Part shown: positions 8,972 to 17,052 of the stretch, in pieces
Layout of the letters: every line of letters begins with the position of its first letter
Numbering within the stretch: the first letter of the stretch is position 1
Origin: Candidatus Micrarchaeota archaeon
GTDB taxonomy: Archaea; Micrarchaeota; Micrarchaeia; Norongarragalinales; SBBD01
DNA: 34,489 bases
Direction of reading: 5' to 3'
Assembly: GCA_043813365.1 (NCBI GenBank)
Contig: JBDRLB010000004.1
Location: 1-34,489 of the forward strand
Notes under the pieces: model-generated
Databases searched by the model: none
What the model was told of the DNA's origin: nothing
The model's input: only the letters and a program-made list of their open reading frames with translations
Program-made: the position numbers and the translations under genes

Positions 8972-9976
8972 TTAGCCGAATTGCGCCGGATGCTCGAAGA
9001 AGTGCTTGTACCATGCTACCGTGAGCTCGAGACCCTCGGAGAGTTTGAATTTCGGCTCCCATTTGAGCGCCTTCTTCGCTTTGCTGATGGAAAGGTACTG
9101 CTCCGGAATTTCGTGCTCAGCAGGGGTTACCCATTGGGGGGTTATTTTGGAGTTCATCTGCTTGAGCAGGAGCTCCACCACGTCCTTCACGCGCTTTGCC
9201 TCCCCTGATGAGAAATTGAACGCCTCCCCTTTCACTCCCGCATTCTGCGTCGAGGCGGAGAGCATCAGATATGCCTCGATGATGTCATCGATGTAAACGA
9301 AATCCCTTTTCGGAAGCCCGTCGCTGCGCATAACAAGCGGCTTTTCATGCAGCGCATATTTGATCACTTTCGGGATTAGCCGCTTGAAATTCAGATCCCC
9401 ACCACCGTATGTGTTACCGCATCTCGCAATTGAAACCGGAAGGGAGTAGGTTTTGAAATATGCATGTGCAATCAGGTCGGCGCAGGATTTGGAAACCTCA
9501 TAGGGAAATTCGCCCTTGAGCGCCATATCTTCCGTGTAGGGCAATTTATCGGATATCCCATATGCTTTGTCGCTGGAGGAGCAAACGACGCTCTCAATTG
9601 TTTTGGAATTGCGTGCGGCTTCCAGAATGTTCCATGTGCCAGCTATGTTCGCCTCGAAAGTGGAACGCGGGTTCTCCAATGCGGTTAGAACCTGTGATTG
9701 CGCTGCAAAATGGAAAACGTTCTGAGCCTCGTAATCGCTCATGATGCGCCGGAGCAAACTGTAATCCTCCAGCCCTCCGTGGACCATCTTGATGCGCCTG
9801 AAGATGCCGGAAGAGAACATGTGCGCGGAAGGGACGAAATCCCTAACTAAAGCGACAACATTTGCGCCTCCGGTTACAAGGCGTTCAATTGCAGCTCCGC
9901 CAACAAAGCCCGACCCTCCGGTAATGAATACGTTCCTGTCGTTCCAGTAGGAGCTCTTGGTTTTGATAATCAACAC
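8972..9976 (-). CDS. NDP-sugar 4,6-dehydratase, CDP-glucose 4,6-dehydratase (RfbG)-like extended SDR
   Basis: W.DRNVFITGGSGFVG, FHFAAQ, SSDKAY, PYEVSK (YxxxK), RCGNTYGGGD, GEAFNF. Non-ATG start. Confidence 0.82.
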   Translation of the reverse strand: MLIIKTKSSYWNDRNVFITGGSGFVGGAAIERLVTGGANVVALVRDFVPSAHMFSSGIFRRIKMVHGGLEDYSLLRRIMSDYEAQNVFHFAAQSQVLTALENPRSTFEANIAGTWNILEAARNSKTIESVVCSSSDKAYGISDKLPYTEDMALKGEFPYEVSKSCADLIAHAYFKTYSLPVSIARCGNTYGGGDLNFKRLIPKVIKYALHEKPLVMRSDGLPKRDFVYIDDIIEAYLMLSASTQNAGVKGEAFNFSSGEAKRVKDVVELLLKQMNSKITPQWVTPAEHEIPEQYLSISKAKKALKWEPKFKLSEGLELTVAWYKHFFEHPAQFG

Positions 9977-10074
9977 CCCCTAATGCAATGGAAAAGCGCC
10001 TTAATAAAATATGCACGCTTTAAGAATTTAGTTTCATTATTCAACGTTTTAAACCCTTCCCAAGAAGGAGGGAA
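9977..10074. promoter_or_regulatory. Divergent promoter region
   Basis: AT-rich. TTTTAAAC at 10047-10054 before the + strand operon (GGAGGG RBS), and TTTTATTAA on the minus strand near 10001-10009. Confidence 0.5.
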
Positions 10075-11211
10075 ATGGGCGAAAAAATGAGAATCGCAAT
10101 TTTGGTGCCTTTCTTCCTTCCGGTTGTAGGGGGAATGGAGGCGCATGCTTACGAGCTAGCAAGGGATCTGAAGAAGAGGGGGCATGAGCCGGAAGTGCTT
10201 ACTGCGAACATGGACCATTCGGGGAAGAAAAGTTTTGCCCCTGCGGAGGAGGTTGGCGGAGTGGAATGCAGGCGCTATAACGTTTGGCTGAGGTTCGGCA
10301 AATTCGCGAGCTTGTGGCCCGGTTTCATTTCCGATTTGGGGAAGTACGACATAATTCACGTGCAGAACATGCGGCATCCGCATACGGATTTAGCGATGAT
10401 ATTCGGGAAGCTGATGGGGAAGAAGGTGGTGATTTCTCCGCAATCCCCGCTGCATGAGGGGACGCATTCGAAATTGCAGGAGCTGTTGATCAAATTTTAC
10501 GACAATCTAATTTTGCCGATCACTTTCCGTTTTTATGATGCAATTTTTGCGCATCATGTGAAGGAGAAGGAGTATTTGGTGAGGCACGGCGCTCCGGCAA
10601 ATAAAATCTATGTTGTCAATTTGGGCGTCGGGGAGGAGACGTTCAAACCGTGCAGGAAGGGGTATTTCTCGAAAGGGGGGAAAAGAATTCTGCTTTTTGT
10701 GGGAAGGCTGAGCAACATGAAGGGGCTGGAGGTTCTGCTGAAGGCATTTGCATTTGCCAAATTGAAAAATTGGCAATTGGTGCTTGTTGGGCCCGATGGA
10801 GGGGAGTTAGGGAAGCTGAAGCGATTGCAGAAGGAGCTGAATTTGAAGAATTTGATTTTCTGGGGGGCTGTTTCGGAGAATGAGGTGGAGAGGGCAACTG
10901 CGGATGCGGACGCATTCATCCTTCCCTCGCAATACGAGCCGTACGGGCTTGTTTTGATCAAGGCTATGGCAAAAGGGGTTCCTTGCATTGCAGTTAATGC
11001 CGGCGGGCCCTCAGAAATAATTCTGGATGGGAAAACAGGCCTCCTTTGCAAATACGATCCTGCGGATATGGCGAAAGCGATGGAAAAAATGCTTGGGAAC
11101 CCTGCGATGCTGAAGCGGATGGGGAAAGAGGCGGAAAAGCGCGCCCGGATATTCACGGTTGAAGAGATGGTGGATAAGTACGAATTGGTTTATGAGAAAT
11201 TGCTGATGTGA
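10075..11211 (+). CDS. GT4-family glycosyltransferase
   Basis: MRIAIL.PFFLPVVGGME, LFVGRLSNMKG, PSQYEPYGLVLIKAMAKG (second Glu of EX7E replaced by Lys). Alternative start 10087. Confidence 0.9.
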   Translation: MGEKMRIAILVPFFLPVVGGMEAHAYELARDLKKRGHEPEVLTANMDHSGKKSFAPAEEVGGVECRRYNVWLRFGKFASLWPGFISDLGKYDIIHVQNMRHPHTDLAMIFGKLMGKKVVISPQSPLHEGTHSKLQELLIKFYDNLILPITFRFYDAIFAHHVKEKEYLVRHGAPANKIYVVNLGVGEETFKPCRKGYFSKGGKRILLFVGRLSNMKGLEVLLKAFAFAKLKNWQLVLVGPDGGELGKLKRLQKELNLKNLIFWGAVSENEVERATADADAFILPSQYEPYGLVLIKAMAKGVPCIAVNAGGPSEIILDGKTGLLCKYDPADMAKAMEKMLGNPAMLKRMGKEAEKRARIFTVEEMVDKYELVYEKLLM

Positions 11212-11220
11212 ATAAGATGG
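11208..11220 (+). repeat. 13-bp direct repeat GTGAATAAGATGG, left copy
   Basis: 12/13 identical to GTGAATAAAATGG at 11803-11815. Confidence 0.6.
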
Positions 11221-11810
11221 CGGAGCAAAAGGAAAGGGCAATACCGGAAAGGGTGGAAGATTTTTTGGATCATCATAGTCGGATCAATGTACATCAAACT
11301 AATTTTAATTTATCCCCCGATTATTATCCTTCCGACCAACATGAGCCGACTTTGGAGGAATTAGTAAGCATCCTTATGCATGGTTTATTACCGCCAGGAC
11401 GAGCCATGAAGTATCAGGCCAGAGGATTAAAGCTGCCCGAGCTAAATAAAAGACCATCGCATTCGACATGGAAGCTAATTTTCTCAAATGATTATAGCTT
11501 GCAACCAAATGGAAGATTGGAAAAAATCGGCCCCATAAGGTGGATAAATGGGATAAGGATTAAAAATCAGCTTAGGAAATTTGCAACTGATAGGAAAAAA
11601 TTGCCGGCACTCGTTTTTTACAAACCCAAATTTCCTCTTGGCTACAATAAGGCGAGAATCCAGCCCCGCTTCATTTTAGGCGTGGTTTTGCCGGAAATGG
11701 CCCAAACGGAAAGAAATAGATGGATTGAAGCGCTTGGTAAGTTCAAAAAACCGCTTTACGATCACACCGGGAAATTGGTATGGAAGCCGGGAATGGAAAA
11801 GAGTGAATAA
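11217..11810 (+). CDS. Hypothetical protein with ADP-ribosyltransferase-like (DarT/Tpt1/PARP-type) signature
   Basis: Fills the gap between GT4 and GT9 exactly and is AT-richer than neighbours. VHQT...LVSILMHGLLPP, RIQPRFILGVV, C-terminal PLYDHTGKLVW. The gene is likely real; the fold call is tentative. Confidence 0.6.
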   Translation: MAEQKERAIPERVEDFLDHHSRINVHQTNFNLSPDYYPSDQHEPTLEELVSILMHGLLPPGRAMKYQARGLKLPELNKRPSHSTWKLIFSNDYSLQPNGRLEKIGPIRWINGIRIKNQLRKFATDRKKLPALVFYKPKFPLGYNKARIQPRFILGVVLPEMAQTERNRWIEALGKFKKPLYDHTGKLVWKPGMEKSE

Positions 11811-11815
11811 AATGG
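11803..11815 (+). repeat. 13-bp direct repeat GTGAATAAAATGG, right copy
   Basis: Contains the ORFan stop (TAA 11808-11810) and the GT9 start (ATG 11812). Confidence 0.6.
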
Positions 11816-13017
11816 GAAAATATTTACACGCAATTCTCTGGAGATTGCTGACGTGGTTGAAGAGGCTGCTCCTAATCGTATTTTGCGGAATAGGAAAACT
11901 GCTCTTCAGTAAGGAGAGGCCGCTGGAACTGGGGAATGTGAAACGGATTCTGGTGATACATGGGGAGCATTCCTCCATAGGAGATGCGGTTCTGTTTTCT
12001 GCGATGCTGCATCCGTTGAGGAGGAAATTTCCGAGAGCGAGGATTGACGTGCTCATAAGGCATCCGGCGGAGGAGATTTTGAAGAACAATCCTAATGTGG
12101 ATGAACTGATTCCGTATTCTGCGGAGGAAGGGACGAATTTGGTGACGCAGGAGTTTGCTCCTTTGAAGGTTGCGGCGGAGTTGAAGAGGAGGAAATATGA
12201 TCTGGTGATCACTTCCGAGCACGCGTTCAGGTTCATTTTGCTTTCATATCTTATTGGAGCTAGGAATCGAGTAGGGTATGATGCTGAAGGGAGGGGCTTT
12301 TTGCTCACGAAAAAAGTTGATTACCCGCCATATGGGAATAGGGACCGGCTGGAGCTGGAGTATTACCTGGATCTGATTAGGGCGATTGGAATTCCCGTGA
12401 AACCGGAGAAGCGATGGATGAATTTGTACTTTGGGAAGAAGGAAAAGGATGCTGCGGAAAAATTCTTGCGGGAGAATAAAATCGGGAAAAACGATTTGAT
12501 TGTGGGAGTGCATGCGGGAGGGGGGATTTGGAAGAAGAGGTGGCCGCTCTACAAATTCGCGAAATTCTGCGATTTGATGGTTAAGAAGCACCATGCGAAA
12601 ATCATCGCATTCGGGGGGAAGGAGGATGTGGCTCTTTATGGGATGATGCAGAAGATGATGAGAGGTAAGATTGCAGTTGCTGCGGGGAAGATGAACGTGC
12701 TGGAAACTGCAGCCCTGCTGGGAAAATGCAAACTCGTGGTTGCGAATGATTCCGCTGTTTCGCATATTGCAGCAACAACGGATGCAAGAGTGCTGGCGCT
12801 ATTCGGAGTTGATTCCCCGAAAAGATGGGCGCCGTTCGGCAACACATACATAATGAAGCACACGCGGCTGACGAAATGCGCGGTTTTATGCAATTACGAT
12901 TACCTTTATGCGATTGACAGGTGCTTTGATGATAAGGCGCCATATTGCATGAATTTGATTTCTGTGGAGGAGGTAGTGAATAAGGCGGAAGGGCTGCTAA
13001 AGGAGGGAAGGAAATGA
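11812..13017 (+). CDS. GT9-family heptosyltransferase (WaaF/WaaQ-like)
   Basis: KRILVI...SIGDAVL, LRRKFPRARIDVL, NNPNVDELI, KRWP, VVANDSAVSHIAA, ALFG...RWAP, C-terminal Cys cluster. Start moved from 11725 to ATG 11812. Confidence 0.92.
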   Translation: MGKYLHAILWRLLTWLKRLLLIVFCGIGKLLFSKERPLELGNVKRILVIHGEHSSIGDAVLFSAMLHPLRRKFPRARIDVLIRHPAEEILKNNPNVDELIPYSAEEGTNLVTQEFAPLKVAAELKRRKYDLVITSEHAFRFILLSYLIGARNRVGYDAEGRGFLLTKKVDYPPYGNRDRLELEYYLDLIRAIGIPVKPEKRWMNLYFGKKEKDAAEKFLRENKIGKNDLIVGVHAGGGIWKKRWPLYKFAKFCDLMVKKHHAKIIAFGGKEDVALYGMMQKMMRGKIAVAAGKMNVLETAALLGKCKLVVANDSAVSHIAATTDARVLALFGVDSPKRWAPFGNTYIMKHTRLTKCAVLCNYDYLYAIDRCFDDKAPYCMNLISVEEVVNKAEGLLKEGRK

Positions 13018-14069
13018 AAGTGGGGATGGTCATCGGCGCATTGGAAGGGGGAGGAATGGGTACGGTAGTGGATTCGCTCCTTGGAGAACTTAAGAAAAAG
13101 GGGATTGAGGTTGAAATCATCACTAAAAAACTGCTTGTTGCACCTCCAAAAGGCGTGAAAGTGCATCTGGTGAAAACAACCTCCCTTGGGACGACGAAAA
13201 TGCTCGAGAAATTCGATGTAGTTCATGTGAATGGCGGCTCGCTGCTCACTTTGCCTGCTGCATTTGCGAAAGTTCCCAAAATTTTCACCTTCCATGGGCA
13301 AACTCCTCCTGAAATGCACGGCGGGCACGTGAGGCATGCTAAAGCGCTTGCAATTGAAATGCTCTACAGGGCAATGATGCGGAAATTCGATGTAATTGCG
13401 AGCACGAGCAGGTTCGGGCAGGAAGATATCCGGAAAAGGTATGGAATTGGAAAATCAATATGGATACCGAATGGAGTTGAGAGGAAGATGTTCCATAAGG
13501 TGAGCAATGGAAAGGTTAAGCGGATTAGGGAGAAATATTCGCACCCCCTTCTTTTGGGAGTGGGAAGCCTTTATGCAGTGAAGGGATGGGAGTTCATGCT
13601 TGATTGCTTCGAGGAGCTGCTTAAGAGGGAAAGGAATGCGACATTGCTGATTGCAGGCGATGGGGTGCAGGAGAAGGAATTGAAAAGAAGGGTTGAGGGG
13701 AGCAAATTACGGGGGCACGTTGTCTTTCTGGGAAAGGTGAATTTGAAGGATTTGAATGATTATTACAATGCATGCGATCTGTATGTTTCGGGTTCGCCGT
13801 ATGAGGGTTTTTGCCTGCCTGCAGTGGAAGCGCTCGCATGCGGAAAGCCGATTTGCGTAAGGAAAAAGGGCGCGATGACGGAGCATGCACTGTTATCCGG
13901 GTGCGGCACCGTGTTTGAAAAGAAGGAGGAGTTTGCAGGGAAGGCATTGGAAGCGCTCGGGATGCCTGCAAAGGAGATTGGGATCCGCTCAGAAAAATAT
14001 TTGGGACCGTTCTCATGGGAGAAGGTTGCCGGAAGGTATGCGGAAGTTTACAGATCGATGGTGAAATGA
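13014..14069 (+). CDS. GT4-family glycosyltransferase
   Basis: GGMG, FTFHG, IPNGV, VGSL..VKG, SPYEGFCLPAVEALACG. ATGA overlap with the GT9 stop. Confidence 0.9.
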   Translation: MKVGMVIGALEGGGMGTVVDSLLGELKKKGIEVEIITKKLLVAPPKGVKVHLVKTTSLGTTKMLEKFDVVHVNGGSLLTLPAAFAKVPKIFTFHGQTPPEMHGGHVRHAKALAIEMLYRAMMRKFDVIASTSRFGQEDIRKRYGIGKSIWIPNGVERKMFHKVSNGKVKRIREKYSHPLLLGVGSLYAVKGWEFMLDCFEELLKRERNATLLIAGDGVQEKELKRRVEGSKLRGHVVFLGKVNLKDLNDYYNACDLYVSGSPYEGFCLPAVEALACGKPICVRKKGAMTEHALLSGCGTVFEKKEEFAGKALEALGMPAKEIGIRSEKYLGPFSWEKVAGRYAEVYRSMVK

Positions 14070-15022
14070 TGGCAATTGAAATATCTGCAATAATCGCCTG
14101 CAGGAATGAGGGGAGGGACATCCCCAAATGCCTTGAGGCGCTATCGAAGCAGAGCCTCCGAAAGGAAAAATGGGAGGCGATTTTCGTCGATGGGGGATCA
14201 ACTGATGGAACTGTGGATGAAATAAGGAAATTCAAAGGAAGGATTGCAAACTTAAAAATCATGGATGAAACTGGGAAATTCAAATCCGCTGCGAATGCGA
14301 GGAATATCGGTGCAAAAGCGGCAAAGGGGAGGGTGCTTGCGTTCTTCGATGCGGATAATTTCATAGACAGGGAATATTTGCTCGAAATAGGCAGGGGATT
14401 TGAGAAGGGAATAGATGCGGCAAGCACGAGCTCCTCGGGAATGCCTTCAAAAAGCGTCTGGGCGCATCTTCGGGAGCATGAGACCATGGCATCGAATTAC
14501 CTCGTAAAAACCGGGGAGGGCGTGCAGTTTGTGAACGTAATGACGAAGAAGTGCTTTGAGAGGATCGGAGGGTACGATATACAGTTCACATATGGTGAGG
14601 ATTTGAAACTGCTCGATAAGTTAAGGAAGGCGAAGGCGAAATTCGTGCACCTTCCAAAAGTCAAAACCCATCATCAGGAGGCGGAGAGCCTTGAAGATAT
14701 TGCAAAACAGTCGCGGAGCTGGGGGAAGGGCTTCCATCAGCTGTTCATTTCCGAACCCGCAAGGCATTTCCCGCGCTTGGCGCTGGTTACCGCAAGGGCG
14801 CTATGGTTCCCGCTGTTCCTGGTTTATTTGGCAATGCCGTTCAGGCTGCTGATATTGCTTGTTGCGCTTTTCTATGCGGCAACGATAATCGACGGGATCA
14901 TTGTAGGCTACCGCTCAATGAAAATGGGCGGGAAGCTGAAATATGCCGCATTGATGATCCCCTTCCGGATGATAAGGTCGTTCTATTTCCTGCAGGGATT
15001 CGGGAGGGAGGCGCTAAAGTAA
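14066..15022 (+). CDS. GT2-family glycosyltransferase with C-terminal TM helices
   Basis: ISAIIACRNE, VDGGSTDGT, ARNIG, FFDAD, GGYD...GED. Start moved to ATG 14066 (ATGA overlap). Confidence 0.9.
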   Translation: MMAIEISAIIACRNEGRDIPKCLEALSKQSLRKEKWEAIFVDGGSTDGTVDEIRKFKGRIANLKIMDETGKFKSAANARNIGAKAAKGRVLAFFDADNFIDREYLLEIGRGFEKGIDAASTSSSGMPSKSVWAHLREHETMASNYLVKTGEGVQFVNVMTKKCFERIGGYDIQFTYGEDLKLLDKLRKAKAKFVHLPKVKTHHQEAESLEDIAKQSRSWGKGFHQLFISEPARHFPRLALVTARALWFPLFLVYLAMPFRLLILLVALFYAATIIDGIIVGYRSMKMGGKLKYAALMIPFRMIRSFYFLQGFGREALK

Positions 15023-15973
15023 CGCCTTCAGCTCGGAAATTGAAGGAGCCACCGTTCCCACCTTGGAAACAACAATAGAGGCTGCGCAATTGGCGATTTT
15101 CGCGGCATCGGATGGCGATGCGCCCGCAACTGATGCAAGCGCGAATGATGCAATGACCGTATCCCCGGCCCCGCTGACATCAACCGCATGTGTTTTGAGT
15201 CCGTCGATGCGGGAGAACTTATTTTGGTACAGTAAAAGCATCCCTTTCTCCCCCAGCGTCACTAGCAGGGAATCGGGAAGCAGCTTCCCATGCAGGGATT
15301 GGGCGGCTTTCTTGATCCCTTCCTCGTCAGAAACATCGATGCCGGTTTCCTTGGAGAGCTCCTTCAAGTTGGGCTTGAGCAGGGCGGCGCCCTTCATCCC
15401 ATAGGAAAGATAATTCTTGGAATCGATGAAAACCGGCTTTTTGTGCTTTCCAGCAGCATCAATGATCGCATTCGATGTGCTTTTTGATATGACGCCCTTG
15501 TTGTAATCGGAAATTATCACGCCGTCGCATGAAGGAAGCAGCTTCGCGAATGAATCAAGCAGGGATTTCTCCGCTTTTTCGGGGATTTTTTCAGCTGTTT
15601 CAGAATCCACCCTGAGAATATGCCTATTGTTTGAGAGGATGCGGAGCTTCATTGTTGTGGGGCGGGAGCCATCTGGGATGAGTTCAGCTGAGATGCCTGC
15701 AGTTTTTGCCATTTCGGCGATTTTCCTGCCTTCCCCATCATTTCCAACAAGCCCCAGCAGATGTGCCTTTGCGCCCAGCTGGGAAATATTGAATGCGATA
15801 TTTGCTGCGCCCCCGAGGGAATAGCGCTTTTCAGAAACGTTCACAACGGGCACCGGCGCTTCTGGTGAAATCCGGGTTATTTGGCCCAAAAAATAAGCAT
15901 CGAGCATCACGTCCCCGATGACGAGGATGCGCTTGCCTGCGAAATTGCCAATAATTTTTTTTAAATCCGGCAT
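15014..15973 (-). CDS. rfaE1: D-glycero-beta-D-manno-heptose-7-phosphate kinase (HldA / RfaE domain I, PfkB family)
   Basis: ILVIGDVMLDAY, RISPEAPVPVV, GGAANIA, ISDYNKG, KPNLKE, VTLGEKGM, DVSGAGDTV. Confidence 0.95.
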   Translation of the reverse strand: MPDLKKIIGNFAGKRILVIGDVMLDAYFLGQITRISPEAPVPVVNVSEKRYSLGGAANIAFNISQLGAKAHLLGLVGNDGEGRKIAEMAKTAGISAELIPDGSRPTTMKLRILSNNRHILRVDSETAEKIPEKAEKSLLDSFAKLLPSCDGVIISDYNKGVISKSTSNAIIDAAGKHKKPVFIDSKNYLSYGMKGAALLKPNLKELSKETGIDVSDEEGIKKAAQSLHGKLLPDSLLVTLGEKGMLLLYQNKFSRIDGLKTHAVDVSGAGDTVIASFALASVAGASPSDAAKIANCAASIVVSKVGTVAPSISELKALL

Positions 15974-15976
15974 TTT

Positions 15977-16456
15977 TCACGCCTTGTGCCTCTCCACGAT
16001 TTTTTTTATGGTGGTAGTTGTAGAATAGCCCTTCACGAAGGTGACAAATTTGATTTTGCCCCCGAACTTCTCCACAATTGCTGATTCAGGCAAATCCTTG
16101 GAAGAATAATCCCCTCCTTTCACGTGCACGGAAGGCTTTATTGCCTCGAGAAAATGCTCGGGGGTTGTTTCGGGGAAGACGCACACGTAATCGATGCATT
16201 GCAAAGCCGCAAGCACTTCCGCGCGGTCATCCTCGCTGTTCACGGGCCGGTGCTCGCCCTTTATTTTTTTCACGGAAGCGTCGGAATTTACCCCCACAAC
16301 AAGGATGTCCCCCAGTGCTTTCGCATTCTCAAGGTACCTGACATGCCCGGGATGGAGGATGTCGAAGACGCCGTTGGTCGTGACTATGATTTTGCCAGCA
16401 TCCCTGAATTTTTCGCAGATTTTCGAAAGTGAATCAAGAGTTTGTATTTTTCCCAT
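15977..16456 (-). CDS. rfaE2: D-glycero-beta-D-manno-heptose-1-phosphate adenylyltransferase (HldC / RfaE domain II)
   Basis: TNGVFDILHPGHVRYL, GVNSDASV, KG..RP, VKGGDY, GYSTT. Confidence 0.95.
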   Translation of the reverse strand: MGKIQTLDSLSKICEKFRDAGKIIVTTNGVFDILHPGHVRYLENAKALGDILVVGVNSDASVKKIKGEHRPVNSEDDRAEVLAALQCIDYVCVFPETTPEHFLEAIKPSVHVKGGDYSSKDLPESAIVEKFGGKIKFVTFVKGYSTTTTIKKIVERHKA

Positions 16457-16500
16457 ATGAATCTAATCCCTTTTTTTTAAAAGACGGAATAATTGGAACT

Positions 16501-17040
16501 TCAGGCATTATTAATGATTATTTTCGCAGCTTCCAGCAGGTTTTCCGCAATGAAATCCGGTTTCGTGCCGAACCTGCCATCCTTCCCCCCATATCCGGTT
16601 TTCACCAATATTGATTTGTAGCCGCCCCTTCTTGCAGCCTCAACATCGGATGTCTTGTCTCCCACGACCCAGCATTTGGAAGGGTCAAGCTTGAATTTGG
16701 CTTCCGCATGCTTGAAATTCTTCACATTCGGCTTCCTGCAGTCGCATTTCTCATCCGCATGGTGCGGGCAGAAGTAAATATCTTCATTGGAGAGCGTAAT
16801 GCCCTCCTGTTTCATCAATGAAAGCATCTTCGAATGGATCCGCTCGAGCTGCCCGAACGTGATCTTCCCCTTTGCAATGCCCGCTTGGTTCGTGACGAGA
16901 ATCAGTTTGTAACCGCGGTTTTGGAGCATCAGCAGTGCTTCTAGCGAGCCCTCAATGAATGCCAGTTTTTCGGGGTCGTTCAGGTACTCGACCTCCTTGT
17001 TGATGGTGCCGTCTCTGTCGATGAATACGCCCTTTGACAT
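16501..17040 (-). CDS. gmhB: D,D-heptose 1,7-bisphosphate phosphatase (HAD family)
   Basis: FIDRDGTIN, VTNQAGI, FCPHH...CDCRKP (Zn site), VGDKTSD. Sits inside the heptose operon. Confidence 0.93.
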   Translation of the reverse strand: MSKGVFIDRDGTINKEVEYLNDPEKLAFIEGSLEALLMLQNRGYKLILVTNQAGIAKGKITFGQLERIHSKMLSLMKQEGITLSNEDIYFCPHHADEKCDCRKPNVKNFKHAEAKFKLDPSKCWVVGDKTSDVEAARRGGYKSILVKTGYGGKDGRFGTKPDFIAENLLEAAKIIINNA

Positions 17041-17052
17041 TCACACCCCCCT

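Noticed and set aside
8922..9062. N-terminal extensions in the ORF track (here, and at 11725, 14015, 17715, 28874, 30668)
   Set aside because: They overlap neighbouring genes or promoter regions. Downstream ATGs with an RBS or stop/start coupling fit the family N-termini better.
13621..14487. 288-aa ORF on - strand, and the many other 60-230 aa overlapping ORFs in the track
   Set aside because: They lie antisense or out of frame within confidently assigned genes and have Ser/Pro/Phe-rich shadow composition.
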